From Deferribacterales bacterium (GTDB lineage: Bacteria; Chrysiogenota; Deferribacteres; Deferribacterales; Geovibrionaceae), in the NCBI GenBank assembly GCA_050253075.1, contig JBFWJS010000001.1, forward strand, positions 416,001 through 480,000: 64,000 nt of DNA, read 5' to 3'. Shown here in pieces: positions 18,905 through 29,338 of this stretch (within the stretch, counting starts at the first letter, position 1; the number at the start of each line of letters is the position of its first letter). Position numbers and translations under genes: made by a program. The notes beneath the pieces were generated by a model. It was not told the DNA's origin. It saw nothing but the letters and a program-made list of their open reading frames with translations, and did no database searches.

Positions 18905-21713
18905 CCATATAATTATTAAAGGCGCCAGACAGCACAACCTTAAGAATATCAACCTGAAAATACCTAAAAACAGGCTTGTTGTCATTACAGGTGTGTCCGG
19001 ATCCGGCAAATCAACACTAGCTTTCGACACTCTATACGCGGAAGGACAAAGGAGATATGTGGAGTCGCTCTCTGCATATGCCAGACAGTTCCTCGAGATG
19101 ATGGAAAAACCCGATGTGGATTCCATAGAATACCTCTCGCCCGCTATCAGCATAGAGCAGAAATCCATCAGCAGAAACCCCCGCTCCACCGTGGGGACCA
19201 TCACAGAGATATACGACTACATGAGGCTCCTTTACGCCCGTGCAGGCGATGTGCACTGCCCCGTGTGTGAGAAAAAGGTACAGAGCTATTCCGTGCAGGC
19301 GATAGTGGACAGGGTGCTCTCTCTGGGCGAAGACGCAAAGGTGGAGATACTCTCCCCCATCGTAAGAGGCAAAAAGGGCGAGTATAAAAAGCTCTTTGAA
19401 AAGCTGCTGAAAGACGGCTACGTCAGAGCATTCATCGACGGCGAGATGCACAGGCTGGAAGAGCCCATCGAGCTGGACAAACAGGTAAAGCATAACATAT
19501 CCGTCGTGATAGACAGGATAAAGATAAAAGAGGGGATAGCGAGACGTCTCACCGACTCCATAGAGACTGCGCTCGATCTGGGCGACGGTCTGGTAGAGAT
19601 ACAGACAGACGACAGCAACGACCTCTACTCTCAGAAATTCACATGCCCCGACTGCGACATCTCCATAGAGGAGGTAGAGCCGAGGAGCTTTTCTTTCAAC
19701 AACCCTTTCGGAGCCTGCCCCGAGTGCGAAGGTCTCGGCGAGATGCAGGTGTTCGATATCGGAGCCATAGTTCCCGACGACACCCTGAGTGTGCGTGAGG
19801 GGGCGATAGAGCCGTGGCAGCAGTTTGACAATTTCCATTTTTACAACACCCTCGTCGCTCTATCCGAGCAGCTAGGCATAGATATGAACAAGCCGTTCGG
19901 CGAGCTCACCGAAAAGAATCAGAAGATACTGCTCGAGGGGATGGAAGAACCGCTCAAGATGTTCACCTTTAAAGGTGAGAAGAAGGTCTTTTACGATAAG
20001 AAGTTCACCGGCGTATACGGATTCCTCAAAGAGAAGCTGTACACGGGCACACAGGCGGACAGAGACTTCGCTAAAAGGTATATGTCTTCCCAGAACTGCC
20101 CTTCGTGTAACGGCGCAAGGCTGAAACGCACAAGCCTCTCCGTATTCGTAGGCGGAAAGAACATCGCATCAGTCTCTGCAATGAATGTGCGTGACGCACT
20201 GACATTTTTTGAAAATGCAAAATTCGACGGCTTCATAAAAGATGTCGCCGCTAAGATAATAAACGAGATAAAGCGCAGGCTCAGCTTCCTTAACGATGTG
20301 GGTCTCAGCTATATCACCCTAGAGCGTAAGGCTTCCACCCTTTCGGGCGGTGAAGCCCAGCGTATCAGGCTCGCCACACAGATAGGCTCCGGTCTTACGG
20401 ACGTGCTCTATGTCCTCGACGAGCCGAGCATCGGTCTCCACCAGAGGGATAACGACATGCTGATCGCCACGCTGAAGAACCTGCGTGACATAGGCAACTC
20501 GCTGATAGTAGTAGAGCATGACGAAGACACCATCGCAGCATCTGACTTTGTGGTGGATATGGGACCGCAGGCAGGACGCAAAGGGGGCGAGGTCGTTTTC
20601 AGCGGACACCCCGAAGAGCTCCGCCATTGTCCCGAATCACTCACAGGCCAGTACCTGACAGGCGTGAAAAGCATTGAGATCCCGAAAGAGCGCAAAAAGC
20701 CCGACGGAAGATTCATCGAGCTGAAAGGCTGTACGGAAAACAACCTTAAAGATGTAAGCATAAAGATACCTCTCGGTCTTAACATCTGCGTGACCGGCGT
20801 TTCAGGATCGGGTAAATCCACGCTGATAATGGACACCCTGCAGGCTGTGCTGAAAAAGAAACTGCTGAAAAGCAACATACGCACTGGCGCATACGAAGAT
20901 ATCACAGGTGTGGACGAGCTGGATAAGATAATAGACATCGACCAGTCGCCCATCGGACGTACACCAAGATCGAACCCTTTGACATACACGGGTGTCTTTA
21001 CTGATATCCGTGAGATATTCGCCATGACGCAGGATGCGAAGGTTCGCGGGTATAAGATGAGCCGTTTCAGCTTCAACGTGAAAGGTGCAAAGGGCGGACG
21101 GTGCGAGACGTGTCAGGGTGAGGGATATATCAAGATCGAGATGCATTTCCTGCCTGATATGTATGTGAAATGTGATGTCTGCCACGGAAAAAGATATAAC
21201 CGTGATACCCTTGATATCAAGTATAAAGGGCAGAATATAGCCGATGTTATGGACATGACCGTAAATCAGGCATTTGAGTTTTTCGAAAATATTCCGAAAT
21301 TAAAGAATAAGTTATCTGTCTTAAAAGATGTCGGTCTCGGATATATAAAGCTGGGGCAGCCCGCAACTACCCTCTCGGGTGGAGAAGCGCAGCGTGTTAA
21401 GCTGGCAAAAGAGCTGATGAAGCGTCCTACGGGAAAAACATTATATATCTTTGATGAACCCACGACAGGACTTCATTTTGATGATATAAACAAACTGGTA
21501 AAGATTTTTGACCGTCTCACCGACAGCGGAAACACAGTTATCATCATTGAGCATAACCTCGATGTTATCAAATGTGCCGACCACATAATAGACCTCGGAC
21601 CCGAAGGGGGCGAAGGGGGCGGTACGATAGTTTTCGAGGGGACACCCGAGGAGTGTGCGAAGTGCAAAGACTCCTATACGGGAAAATATTTGAAGGGTAA
21701 GCTGATTACATGA
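18897..21713 (+). CDS. uvrA: Excinuclease ABC subunit A
   Basis: GARQHNLKN, two GVSGSGKST Walker A motifs, LSGGEAQR twice, and zinc fingers. Confidence 0.98.
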   Translation: MNDHIIIKGARQHNLKNINLKIPKNRLVVITGVSGSGKSTLAFDTLYAEGQRRYVESLSAYARQFLEMMEKPDVDSIEYLSPAISIEQKSISRNPRSTVGTITEIYDYMRLLYARAGDVHCPVCEKKVQSYSVQAIVDRVLSLGEDAKVEILSPIVRGKKGEYKKLFEKLLKDGYVRAFIDGEMHRLEEPIELDKQVKHNISVVIDRIKIKEGIARRLTDSIETALDLGDGLVEIQTDDSNDLYSQKFTCPDCDISIEEVEPRSFSFNNPFGACPECEGLGEMQVFDIGAIVPDDTLSVREGAIEPWQQFDNFHFYNTLVALSEQLGIDMNKPFGELTEKNQKILLEGMEEPLKMFTFKGEKKVFYDKKFTGVYGFLKEKLYTGTQADRDFAKRYMSSQNCPSCNGARLKRTSLSVFVGGKNIASVSAMNVRDALTFFENAKFDGFIKDVAAKIINEIKRRLSFLNDVGLSYITLERKASTLSGGEAQRIRLATQIGSGLTDVLYVLDEPSIGLHQRDNDMLIATLKNLRDIGNSLIVVEHDEDTIAASDFVVDMGPQAGRKGGEVVFSGHPEELRHCPESLTGQYLTGVKSIEIPKERKKPDGRFIELKGCTENNLKDVSIKIPLGLNICVTGVSGSGKSTLIMDTLQAVLKKKLLKSNIRTGAYEDITGVDELDKIIDIDQSPIGRTPRSNPLTYTGVFTDIREIFAMTQDAKVRGYKMSRFSFNVKGAKGGRCETCQGEGYIKIEMHFLPDMYVKCDVCHGKRYNRDTLDIKYKGQNIADVMDMTVNQAFEFFENIPKLKNKLSVLKDVGLGYIKLGQPATTLSGGEAQRVKLAKELMKRPTGKTLYIFDEPTTGLHFDDINKLVKIFDRLTDSGNTVIIIEHNLDVIKCADHIIDLGPEGGEGGGTIVFEGTPEECAKCKDSYTGKYLKGKLIT

Positions 21714-23566
21714 AAAAACTAGTCTTTGTTTTGCTGATAATCTTTGCTGCGTCTTTTGCTTTTGCCAGCATTGAGCAGTACCAGTCCGCAAAAAAGGACT
21801 TTAACTACATCGAGCACTCCGACAAGGTCTCCAGAAAATCCTATGAGATAGTCGCGGGTAAATTCTATGAAATCTATGCGAAAGACCCCAGCGGAAAGCT
21901 GGCGGACGATTCGCTCCACTATACGGCGCAGACATACTACAGATGCTATGTCCGCTATAATCAGCGTTCCGACCTGCTCAATGCTCTGAAAAACCTCAAA
22001 CTCCTCGCTTCAAATTATCAGACAAGGCTGGCTTCGCTGGCATATCTCCAATCGGCAAAGCTGTATGAAGAGCAGAAGGACTATCCGTCTGCCAGATACA
22101 TGCTGAAAAAGCTGATGACCCGCTTCCCTAATACAGAAGATTCCAAAACGGCGGAAGACCGCCTCGCACAGATAGAGAAAAAGTTTGAAAAGAGCCTCTA
22201 TGCAGACCCTGAAGGTGCCGACACTGTCGAAACGGCAGAGACCCCCGAGCCGGTTAAGCCTATAGTGCCTGCGGTGGCTTCGAACCTGAAAGACCCGAAG
22301 GATGACGATGCTGCGGACATCTCCACAGAGGATGCCAGCATCGACACGGCAGACGCCACTACCTCAAAGAGCAAAGAGGTCTCCTACGGATCAGACACTG
22401 CACCTGCTGCCCCTGCGGGCAAGGTCGTGGTGAACAGGGTCAGATACTTTTCCACAGAGGATTACACACGTGTCGTGCTCGACCTTTCTGGCAGGGCAGA
22501 GTTTGAGAAACACTGGCTGAAGGCGAACCCTGAATACGGTAAACCGCCGAGGCTGTTCATAGATATTGAAGATGCCGTGATGTCTAAGGAGATACCGAAG
22601 GACATCAACATCAAAGACGGGCTCCTCCGCTCACTCAGATGGGGATACAACAGACCGGGCGTCGCCCGCGTCGTCCTCGACAGCGACAGCGTAAAGGACT
22701 TCACCGTCTTTGCCATGACAGACCCTAACAGAATAGTCATCGACGTCAGCAGCTCCGACATGGATAAAAAAGGCGGAACAGCGACATCATCATCTTCATC
22801 CAGCTATGTCTCCAGCACGAAAAAGGTCCCCACAGGGACAAAGGTCACATCCTCCTCAAACGGCGGAAACACTCTGGCGAGCGTCTTCGGTCTGAAGATA
22901 AATACCATAGTGATAGACCCCGGACACGGCGGGAAAGACCCCGGTGCCAGCTATTACGGACTTAAAGAGAAGGACATAGTCCTCGATATAAGTCAGGAGC
23001 TGTACCGGCTGATCAAATCAAAATACAAAGACATGAACGTATACATGACACGTAATTCCGATGTATTCATACCTCTGGAATCCCGTACCGCATTTGCAAA
23101 CAGGAAAAAGGCCGACCTCTTCGTCTCCGTACACATCAATGCCGCTCCGAACAAGCGTGCCAGAGGTGTGGAGACCTATGTTCTGAACGTTACGAATGAC
23201 AAGAAGGCTCTTGAGGTTGCCGCCTTTGAGAACGCTACTACTCAAAAATCCATGTCTGACCTGCAGGGTATCCTGAAAGATATAATGCTGAACTCAAAGC
23301 TGGAGGAATCTCTCCAACTGGCATCTTTCGTACAGAAGAACCTGCACGACAATATCTATAAGTCAGATAGATATGACCTGGGAGTGAAGCAGGCGCCTTT
23401 CTATGTTCTCGTGGGTGCAAAGATGCCTGCGGTGCTTGTGGAGGCGGGGTTCATTTCGAACAAGGATGAAGCGAACATGCTGAAAACTCAGAAATACCGT
23501 AAGCAGGTGGCAGAAGGTATTTTCGACGGTCTGTCTTCATATTTCAAAATATTCAACGGCGAATAA
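21710..23566 (+). CDS. N-acetylmuramoyl-L-alanine amidase (signal peptide, TPR-like region, AMIN domain, Amidase_3)
   Basis: IDPGHGGKDPGA, EKD, FVSVHIN, GVETY and PAVLVEAGFISN. AMIN-like TRVVLD/PPRLFID. Confidence 0.93.
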   Translation: MKKLVFVLLIIFAASFAFASIEQYQSAKKDFNYIEHSDKVSRKSYEIVAGKFYEIYAKDPSGKLADDSLHYTAQTYYRCYVRYNQRSDLLNALKNLKLLASNYQTRLASLAYLQSAKLYEEQKDYPSARYMLKKLMTRFPNTEDSKTAEDRLAQIEKKFEKSLYADPEGADTVETAETPEPVKPIVPAVASNLKDPKDDDAADISTEDASIDTADATTSKSKEVSYGSDTAPAAPAGKVVVNRVRYFSTEDYTRVVLDLSGRAEFEKHWLKANPEYGKPPRLFIDIEDAVMSKEIPKDINIKDGLLRSLRWGYNRPGVARVVLDSDSVKDFTVFAMTDPNRIVIDVSSSDMDKKGGTATSSSSSSYVSSTKKVPTGTKVTSSSNGGNTLASVFGLKINTIVIDPGHGGKDPGASYYGLKEKDIVLDISQELYRLIKSKYKDMNVYMTRNSDVFIPLESRTAFANRKKADLFVSVHINAAPNKRARGVETYVLNVTNDKKALEVAAFENATTQKSMSDLQGILKDIMLNSKLEESLQLASFVQKNLHDNIYKSDRYDLGVKQAPFYVLVGAKMPAVLVEAGFISNKDEANMLKTQKYRKQVAEGIFDGLSSYFKIFNGE

Positions 23567-23577
23567 CAGGGGGATCT

Positions 23578-24933
23578 ATGCAGATCATGGCACTTATCCT
23601 TGCAGCAGGCAAGGGAACAAGGATGAAATCCGACCTGCCTAAAGTGCTCTTCGAAGCAGCAGGCAGACCAATGATAGACTATGTGGTGGATGCGGCTAAG
23701 GCGGCAGACGCTTCTGATATAAATGTAGTGATAGGCAACGGCGCAGAGCTTGTGAAAGAGCATCTGGGCGACGGCGTAAAGTTTTCCCTGCAGGAGACAC
23801 AGCGGGGCACAGGCGACGCTGTTATGGCTGCGGCATCCGACATCGAAAAGTTCGAAGGGAAAGTGCTCATCCTCTGCGGTGACATGCCCCTCGTCAAAGC
23901 GGACACACTCAAAAAATTCATCGAAGCATCAAAGGATAAGGAAGTCTCATTCATCAGCGTAAAGGTAAAGAATCCGTCGGGCTACGGACGTGTGGTCAGA
24001 GGGATAGACGACAGCGTGCTGAAGATCGTCGAAGAGAAAGATTCCACAGATGTGGAAAAAAAGATAAACGAGATTAATACGGGGATATACCTCTGCGACA
24101 GCAAAGTACTCCTCGACAGACTGAAAAAGATAGATAACAACAACGCACAGGGCGAATACTATCTCACAGACATAGTGGCAGAGGGTGCATCTGCATATCT
24201 CGGCAGTGAGGAGGACGAATTCCTCGGTGTTAATAACAGAGCCCACCTAGCACAGGCATCAAAGCTCCTATGGAGAGCCCGTGCAGAGCTGCACATGATG
24301 AACGGCGTGTCAGTGCTCGACCCTGACGCATTCTATGCCGACGGCGACATCACAATCGAGGCGGATGCCACGATATATCCGAACACATACCTCCAGAGCG
24401 GGACAGTCATCCGCAAAGGCGCAGTGATATATCCGGGGTGCCGTATAAAGAACAGTGAGATAGGCGAAAACTGCGAAATAAAGGACAACTGCCTGATAAC
24501 AGACAGCTATGTCGGTGCTGAATCTGCCGTCGGGCCTATGGCTCAGCTCCGCCCGGGCACAAAGCTCGAAGGCGGGAATAAGATAGGCAACTTCGTAGAG
24601 ATAAAAAAGGCTGTCATGGGCATCGGCTCAAAGTCGAGCCACCTCACATACCTCGGTGACGCAGAGATAGGCAAAGATGTGAATATCGGATGCGGAACCA
24701 TCACATGTAACTATGACGGTATAAACAAATATAAGACAGTCATCGGCGACGGTGTCTTTGTGGGGAGCGACGTACAGCTTGTCGCACCTGTAACTGTCGG
24801 CGCAGGCGCTCTCATAGCGGCGGGCTCCACCATCACAAAGGATGTACCCGCTGATGCTCTCGGCATAACAAGAGCCGGCCAGAAAAACCTCGAAGGCTGG
24901 GTCAGCAAATGGAAAAAAAATAAAAAGAAATAG
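23578..24933 (+). CDS. glmU: Bifunctional UDP-GlcNAc pyrophosphorylase / glucosamine-1-P acetyltransferase
   Basis: LAAGKGTRMKS, EYYLTD, GNFVEIK and CNYDG, with hexapeptide repeats. Confidence 0.97.
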   Translation: MQIMALILAAGKGTRMKSDLPKVLFEAAGRPMIDYVVDAAKAADASDINVVIGNGAELVKEHLGDGVKFSLQETQRGTGDAVMAAASDIEKFEGKVLILCGDMPLVKADTLKKFIEASKDKEVSFISVKVKNPSGYGRVVRGIDDSVLKIVEEKDSTDVEKKINEINTGIYLCDSKVLLDRLKKIDNNNAQGEYYLTDIVAEGASAYLGSEEDEFLGVNNRAHLAQASKLLWRARAELHMMNGVSVLDPDAFYADGDITIEADATIYPNTYLQSGTVIRKGAVIYPGCRIKNSEIGENCEIKDNCLITDSYVGAESAVGPMAQLRPGTKLEGGNKIGNFVEIKKAVMGIGSKSSHLTYLGDAEIGKDVNIGCGTITCNYDGINKYKTVIGDGVFVGSDVQLVAPVTVGAGALIAAGSTITKDVPADALGITRAGQKNLEGWVSKWKKNKKK

Positions 24934-24938
24934 TCAGA

Positions 24939-25952
24939 ATGATCAATGTAGTATTGTGCGGAGGAGCGGGCAAGAGGCTATGGCCTATGTCTGCGGGGGA
25001 TTCTCCGAAACAGTTTATAAAGTTCGGCAGCGAAGATTCGCTTTATATCAAGACGATAAAGCGCAATATGCCTCTGTGCCATAAAACGGCAGTCTTTACA
25101 GATCAGAAATATTCGGACAAGGCAGACAAACAGCTCACAGAGCAGAAGCTCTCTGCCAGCATCGTAATGGAGCCCTCGGGTAAAGGCACGGCAGCATCTA
25201 TCATGATAGCATGCCTTATGTATCCCGACGAGATGCTCCTCGTTACACCTTCCGACCATGAGATATCCGACGACGAGGCGTATCAGAACGCCGTGAACAG
25301 GGCAAAAGCTCTGGCGGAGGAAGGGTATATAGTATCCTTCGGCATAGAGCCCGAAAGAGCCGAGGACAGGTTCGGATATATCCAGACAGACGGCGAAGAC
25401 GTCGTGAGATTTCACGAAAAACCCGATAAAGAAACAGCCGTTCAGTATATCAGAGACGGCTTTCTCATAAACAGCGGGATACTCTGCTTCAACAGCAATG
25501 TGATGCTTCATGAGCTGGTGCAGTTCCTCCCCGACCAGATGATAATAGCCCGCACGGTGCACAGCAACATACGCTCAGGACGTGCCACACACAGGCTCTG
25601 CGGACGCTTCATGGGAGAGATGAAGAACAACGACATCGACAGAAGTGTTCTGGAAAAGACAGACAGGCTGAAATGTGTGAAAGGGATAAAGGGCTGGCGG
25701 GACGTAGGCACTTTCGGCTCGATATACGAATACAGGAACACAAAAGAAGGCGGAAACGTCGCAGTGAACATAGGCGAGGGATTCGGCTGTGCAGACTTTG
25801 TGGACAGCAGCGGATGCATGATACTGAATAAAGATCAGGACGTTGCCGTTGTGGGGCTGGATGATGTGATAGTTGTCGAGACAGGGGGTAAGATACTCGT
25901 CGCCCGCAGGGACACGGACATCATGGAAGCACTGAAAAAGCTGGAAGGATAA
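24939..25952 (+). CDS. Mannose-1-phosphate guanylyltransferase-like (no C-terminal cupin/PMI domain)
   Basis: LCGGAGKRLWP, PKQF, PSDH, FGYI, FHEKP and WRDVG motifs. Confidence 0.85.
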   Translation: MINVVLCGGAGKRLWPMSAGDSPKQFIKFGSEDSLYIKTIKRNMPLCHKTAVFTDQKYSDKADKQLTEQKLSASIVMEPSGKGTAASIMIACLMYPDEMLLVTPSDHEISDDEAYQNAVNRAKALAEEGYIVSFGIEPERAEDRFGYIQTDGEDVVRFHEKPDKETAVQYIRDGFLINSGILCFNSNVMLHELVQFLPDQMIIARTVHSNIRSGRATHRLCGRFMGEMKNNDIDRSVLEKTDRLKCVKGIKGWRDVGTFGSIYEYRNTKEGGNVAVNIGEGFGCADFVDSSGCMILNKDQDVAVVGLDDVIVVETGGKILVARRDTDIMEALKKLEG

Positions 25953-26173
25953 GCTCATCAATCGCCTCTGAATAATTTCATCAAATCACATCAGCCGACT
26001 TTTCAAATCAGGCATTTTAATGTAGAATCAATAGTATTGAATAAAAAAATGTAAATTTATTAATACAAGACTCTTAAGCCGACCTCAGAGCGGCGTCAAA
26101 TAATAAAAGCACAAGGTATTTCACACTGTAGTGTGATGCCTGTGGTACGAACCACACACTTGGAGGCAGATAG

Positions 26174-27193
26174 ATGGATCAGGAAAAGAAAAAGGCTCTA
26201 GAAATGGCCATGGGCAAGATAGAGAAGGATTTCGGAAAGGGTGCCGTCATGAGACTCGGCGATAAACCCGTCGAGAAGCTCCCCGTTATCCCTTCGGGTA
26301 TCCTCTCGCTGGATATCGCACTCGGTGTGGGCGGTTTCCCCCGCGGGCGTATCATCGAGATATACGGTGCGGAATCCTCAGGTAAGACAACCATCGCTCT
26401 CCATGCCATCGCAGAGGCTCAGAAGCTCGGCGGCGCGGCAGCATTTGTCGATGCAGAGCATGCTCTCGACCCTGTTTATGCAAAGGCTATCGGTGTCGAT
26501 ACAGACAACCTCATCGTTTCCCAGCCGGACAGCGGTGAAGTAGCCCTAGAGATCACAGAAACACTCGTGCGAAGCGGTGCGATAGACATCGTCGTAGTCG
26601 ACTCCGTTGCGGCTCTTACACCTAGAGCAGAGATCGAAGGCGAGATGGGCGATTCACACATGGGTCTGCAGGCGAGGCTGATGTCTCAGGCGCTGAGAAA
26701 GCTGACCAGTATCGTTAATAAATCAAGAACAACACTTATATTCATAAACCAGACACGTTCGAAGATCGGCGTTGTCTACGGAAACCCTGAAACAACAACA
26801 GGCGGTAACGCACTTAAGTTCTACGCTTCCATGAGGCTTGAAGTCAGAAAGAGTCAGGCTCTGAAAGAGAAGGAAGAGGTAGTGGGTAACCATGGTACAG
26901 TGAAGGTCGTTAAGAACAAGGTTGCGCCTCCGTTCAAGACTGCAGAGTTCGACATCCTTTACGGTGTCGGTGCTTCCCGTGAGGGGCTCATCATCGATAT
27001 GGGTGTGGATGCAGGATTTGTACAGAAAGCCGGCGCATGGTTCAGCTATAACGATGCGAAGCTCGGACAGGGTAAGGAAAACTCCAGATCATACCTTAAA
27101 GAAAACCCAGAGGTAGCTCAGGAGATAGAGGATAAGATCAGAGCGAAATACGGCATGACAGAGAATGTCGTTGTTGCTCCTGAAGAAGAGTAA
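26174..27193 (+). CDS. recA: Recombinase RecA
   Basis: [23 protein letters not shown] and [10 protein letters not shown] motifs. Confidence 0.99.
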   Translation: MDQEKKKALEMAMGKIEKDFGKGAVMRLGDKPVEKLPVIPSGILSLDIALGVGGFPRGRIIEIYGAESSGKTTIALHAIAEAQKLGGAAAFVDAEHALDPVYAKAIGVDTDNLIVSQPDSGEVALEITETLVRSGAIDIVVVDSVAALTPRAEIEGEMGDSHMGLQARLMSQALRKLTSIVNKSRTTLIFINQTRSKIGVVYGNPETTTGGNALKFYASMRLEVRKSQALKEKEEVVGNHGTVKVVKNKVAPPFKTAEFDILYGVGASREGLIIDMGVDAGFVQKAGAWFSYNDAKLGQGKENSRSYLKENPEVAQEIEDKIRAKYGMTENVVVAPEEE

Positions 27194-27196
27194 TAT

Positions 27197-28267
27197 ATGG
27201 ACATAGATGCCATACTGAGAAAAGCTGTGGAGATGGGCGTTTCCGACGTCCATATAAAGGTGGGCAGACCGCCCGCCGTCAGGCTCCACGGAGATATCGA
27301 GACACTCGGCGGATTCGAAACCGTCACAGCGGATGAAGGCATGCGTATGGCTGCCACCATCATGCCTAACTCTCTGAAAGCAGAATTCAAAGAGAGGAAA
27401 GAGGCAGACTTCGCCTATGGCATAAAAGGCTTGGCTAGGTTCCGTGTGAATGCGTTCATCCAGAGGGGTATGATAGGCATGGTTATGCGTGTTATCCCCG
27501 AGGGAGTGCCCGATATCGAATCTCTCAATCTGCCGGAGGTCATAAAAGACCTCGCAGGCCAGCACAGGGGACTTATCCTTGTGACCGGCATCACCGGCAG
27601 CGGTAAATCGACCACGCTGGCATCTATGATAGACTATGTGAACCGTACCAAAAAAGTAAATATCGTCACAGTCGAAGACCCGATAGAATTCCTGCATCAG
27701 GATAAGAACTCCGTAATATCACAGAGGGAGGTCGGTGCGGATACATCGTCCTTCGGCGAGGCACTGAAGCGTGCGCTCAGGCAGGACCCCGACATTATCC
27801 TCGTGGGTGAGATGCGTGATGCGGAAACCATCGAAACGGCTCTGCATGCAGCAGAGACAGGGCACCTTGTCATGTCTACGCTGCATACACTCGATGCGCC
27901 CGAAACCATAAACAGGATAATCTCTGCATTCGAACCTCACAGACAGGAGCATGTGCGCATACAGCTCGCATCCGTCATAAAGGGTGTCATATCCCAGAGG
28001 CTTGTTCCCCGCACGGATAAAGCAGGCAGGGTCGCCGCTGTGGAGATAATGGTCGCCAACGGCACGATAAAAGAATGTATATCAGACCCCGAACGCACGG
28101 GGGAGATAACCGACTTCATCGAAGCGGGGAGAGACATATACAGATCGCAGAGCTTCGACCAGTCGCTCATGGACCATATCGAGGCGGGCTTCATCACACA
28201 GGAAGAGGCTATGAAATGGGCGAAAAAGCCCGACGATCTTAAGCTGAAACTGCAGGGCTTCAGCTAG
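27197..28267 (+). CDS. pilT: PilT/PilU-family type IV pilus retraction ATPase
   Basis: SDVH, GITGSGKSTT, EDPIE, LRQDPDIILVGEMRD and AETGHLVMSTLHT motifs. Confidence 0.92.
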   Translation: MDIDAILRKAVEMGVSDVHIKVGRPPAVRLHGDIETLGGFETVTADEGMRMAATIMPNSLKAEFKERKEADFAYGIKGLARFRVNAFIQRGMIGMVMRVIPEGVPDIESLNLPEVIKDLAGQHRGLILVTGITGSGKSTTLASMIDYVNRTKKVNIVTVEDPIEFLHQDKNSVISQREVGADTSSFGEALKRALRQDPDIILVGEMRDAETIETALHAAETGHLVMSTLHTLDAPETINRIISAFEPHRQEHVRIQLASVIKGVISQRLVPRTDKAGRVAAVEIMVANGTIKECISDPERTGEITDFIEAGRDIYRSQSFDQSLMDHIEAGFITQEEAMKWAKKPDDLKLKLQGFS

Positions 28268-28412
28268 CAGCTGAGGCATAGCACTATACTGAGAAAGCCA
28301 TCTGAATTCCTCTTTTGCCGCCTCCTGTCAGTCGGCTGATGATCAAATTAGGCAAATAGCATGAGCCGTAAACTATGGGAGTGCAAAATGTTGACTTACA
28401 TTATGCCTCAAG

Positions 28413-28898
28413 GTGCAAGCCTTGATTTACGGTAGAAAGAAGATAAAGAGCAAAACAGGGCTGGAATACGCCTCACGTCTTTTGTCCAAAAGGGACTATT
28501 CCGAAAAAGATCTGCGTAAAAAGATAACCGAGCACTTCGGAGCCGAAGAGGCGGACGAGACAATCGTAAAGCTGAAAGGCTATGGATATCTCGACGACGA
28601 CCGCTACCGTGAGGTATACATACAGTCCCGCCTGCGCATGGGCTACGGAGCTTACCGCATATCTGGCGACCTGTATGAAAAAGGTCTGAATGACGACCTG
28701 TCCGACCTTGACGAAATCTGTGAAAAAAGTCATATTGACCGTCACGCCATTTTGCGGGACAATGTTAGAAACTATTTACAACGTAAAAACATCGAAGATG
28801 CATACGAACTGTCGGAAAAGTGCAAAGCGTACTTTTACCGCAGGGGGCACAGCCTCAGCGATGTTAAGAAACTGATAGATGAGGAGCTTGATAAATGA
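28413..28898 (+). CDS. recX: RecA regulator RecX
   Basis: [18 protein letters not shown] and C-terminal YRRG, near recA. Start codon uncertain. Confidence 0.85.
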   Translation: MQALIYGRKKIKSKTGLEYASRLLSKRDYSEKDLRKKITEHFGAEEADETIVKLKGYGYLDDDRYREVYIQSRLRMGYGAYRISGDLYEKGLNDDLSDLDEICEKSHIDRHAILRDNVRNYLQRKNIEDAYELSEKCKAYFYRRGHSLSDVKKLIDEELDK

Positions 28899-29338
28899 AA
28901 GTTATATTTCTGGAAAATGTGAAAGGTGTTGCTAAGAAAGACGAGATGAAAGAAGTGAAGCCGGGCTATGCCCAGAACTTCCTCTTTAAAAAGAAGCTCG
29001 CTGTTGAGGCTACCCCTGCCAACCTTCAGGCTCTAGAAGAGAAGAAGAAGAAAGAGAAAGAAAGAGAAGATAAAAAGATAGCCGAAGCTCAGGCTCTCGC
29101 AGATACACTTAATAAGACGGGTGTCACCATACACGCAAAAGGCGGCGACACAGGCAAGCTGTACGGAGCTATAACAAACACAGAGATAGCCAAAGCACTC
29201 GCAGAAGCGGGCGTAGAGGTGGATAAAAGAGATATCGCCCTGAAAGAACACATAAAAGAGCCGGGCGAATACAGCGTGAAAGTTAAGATATTCATGGATA
29301 TAAACGCACAAGTAAAGGTAATAGTAAAAGCTGACTGA
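28895..29338 (+). CDS. rplI: 50S ribosomal protein L9
   Basis: MKVIFLE...[17 protein letters not shown] and IKEPGEY motifs. Confidence 0.97.
   Translation: MKVIFLENVKGVAKKDEMKEVKPGYAQNFLFKKKLAVEATPANLQALEEKKKKEKEREDKKIAEAQALADTLNKTGVTIHAKGGDTGKLYGAITNTEIAKALAEAGVEVDKRDIALKEHIKEPGEYSVKVKIFMDINAQVKVIVKAD

Noticed and set aside
22780..22870. Ser/Thr-rich low-complexity repeat (TCATCATCT...) in the amidase
   Set aside because: An ordinary interdomain linker between the AMIN and catalytic domains.
28345..28395. GGCAAA...GCAAAA resembling a c-di-GMP-I riboswitch
   Set aside because: The GNRA-capped P2 stem and downstream conserved elements could not be matched. It is kept only as a generic structured-element candidate.
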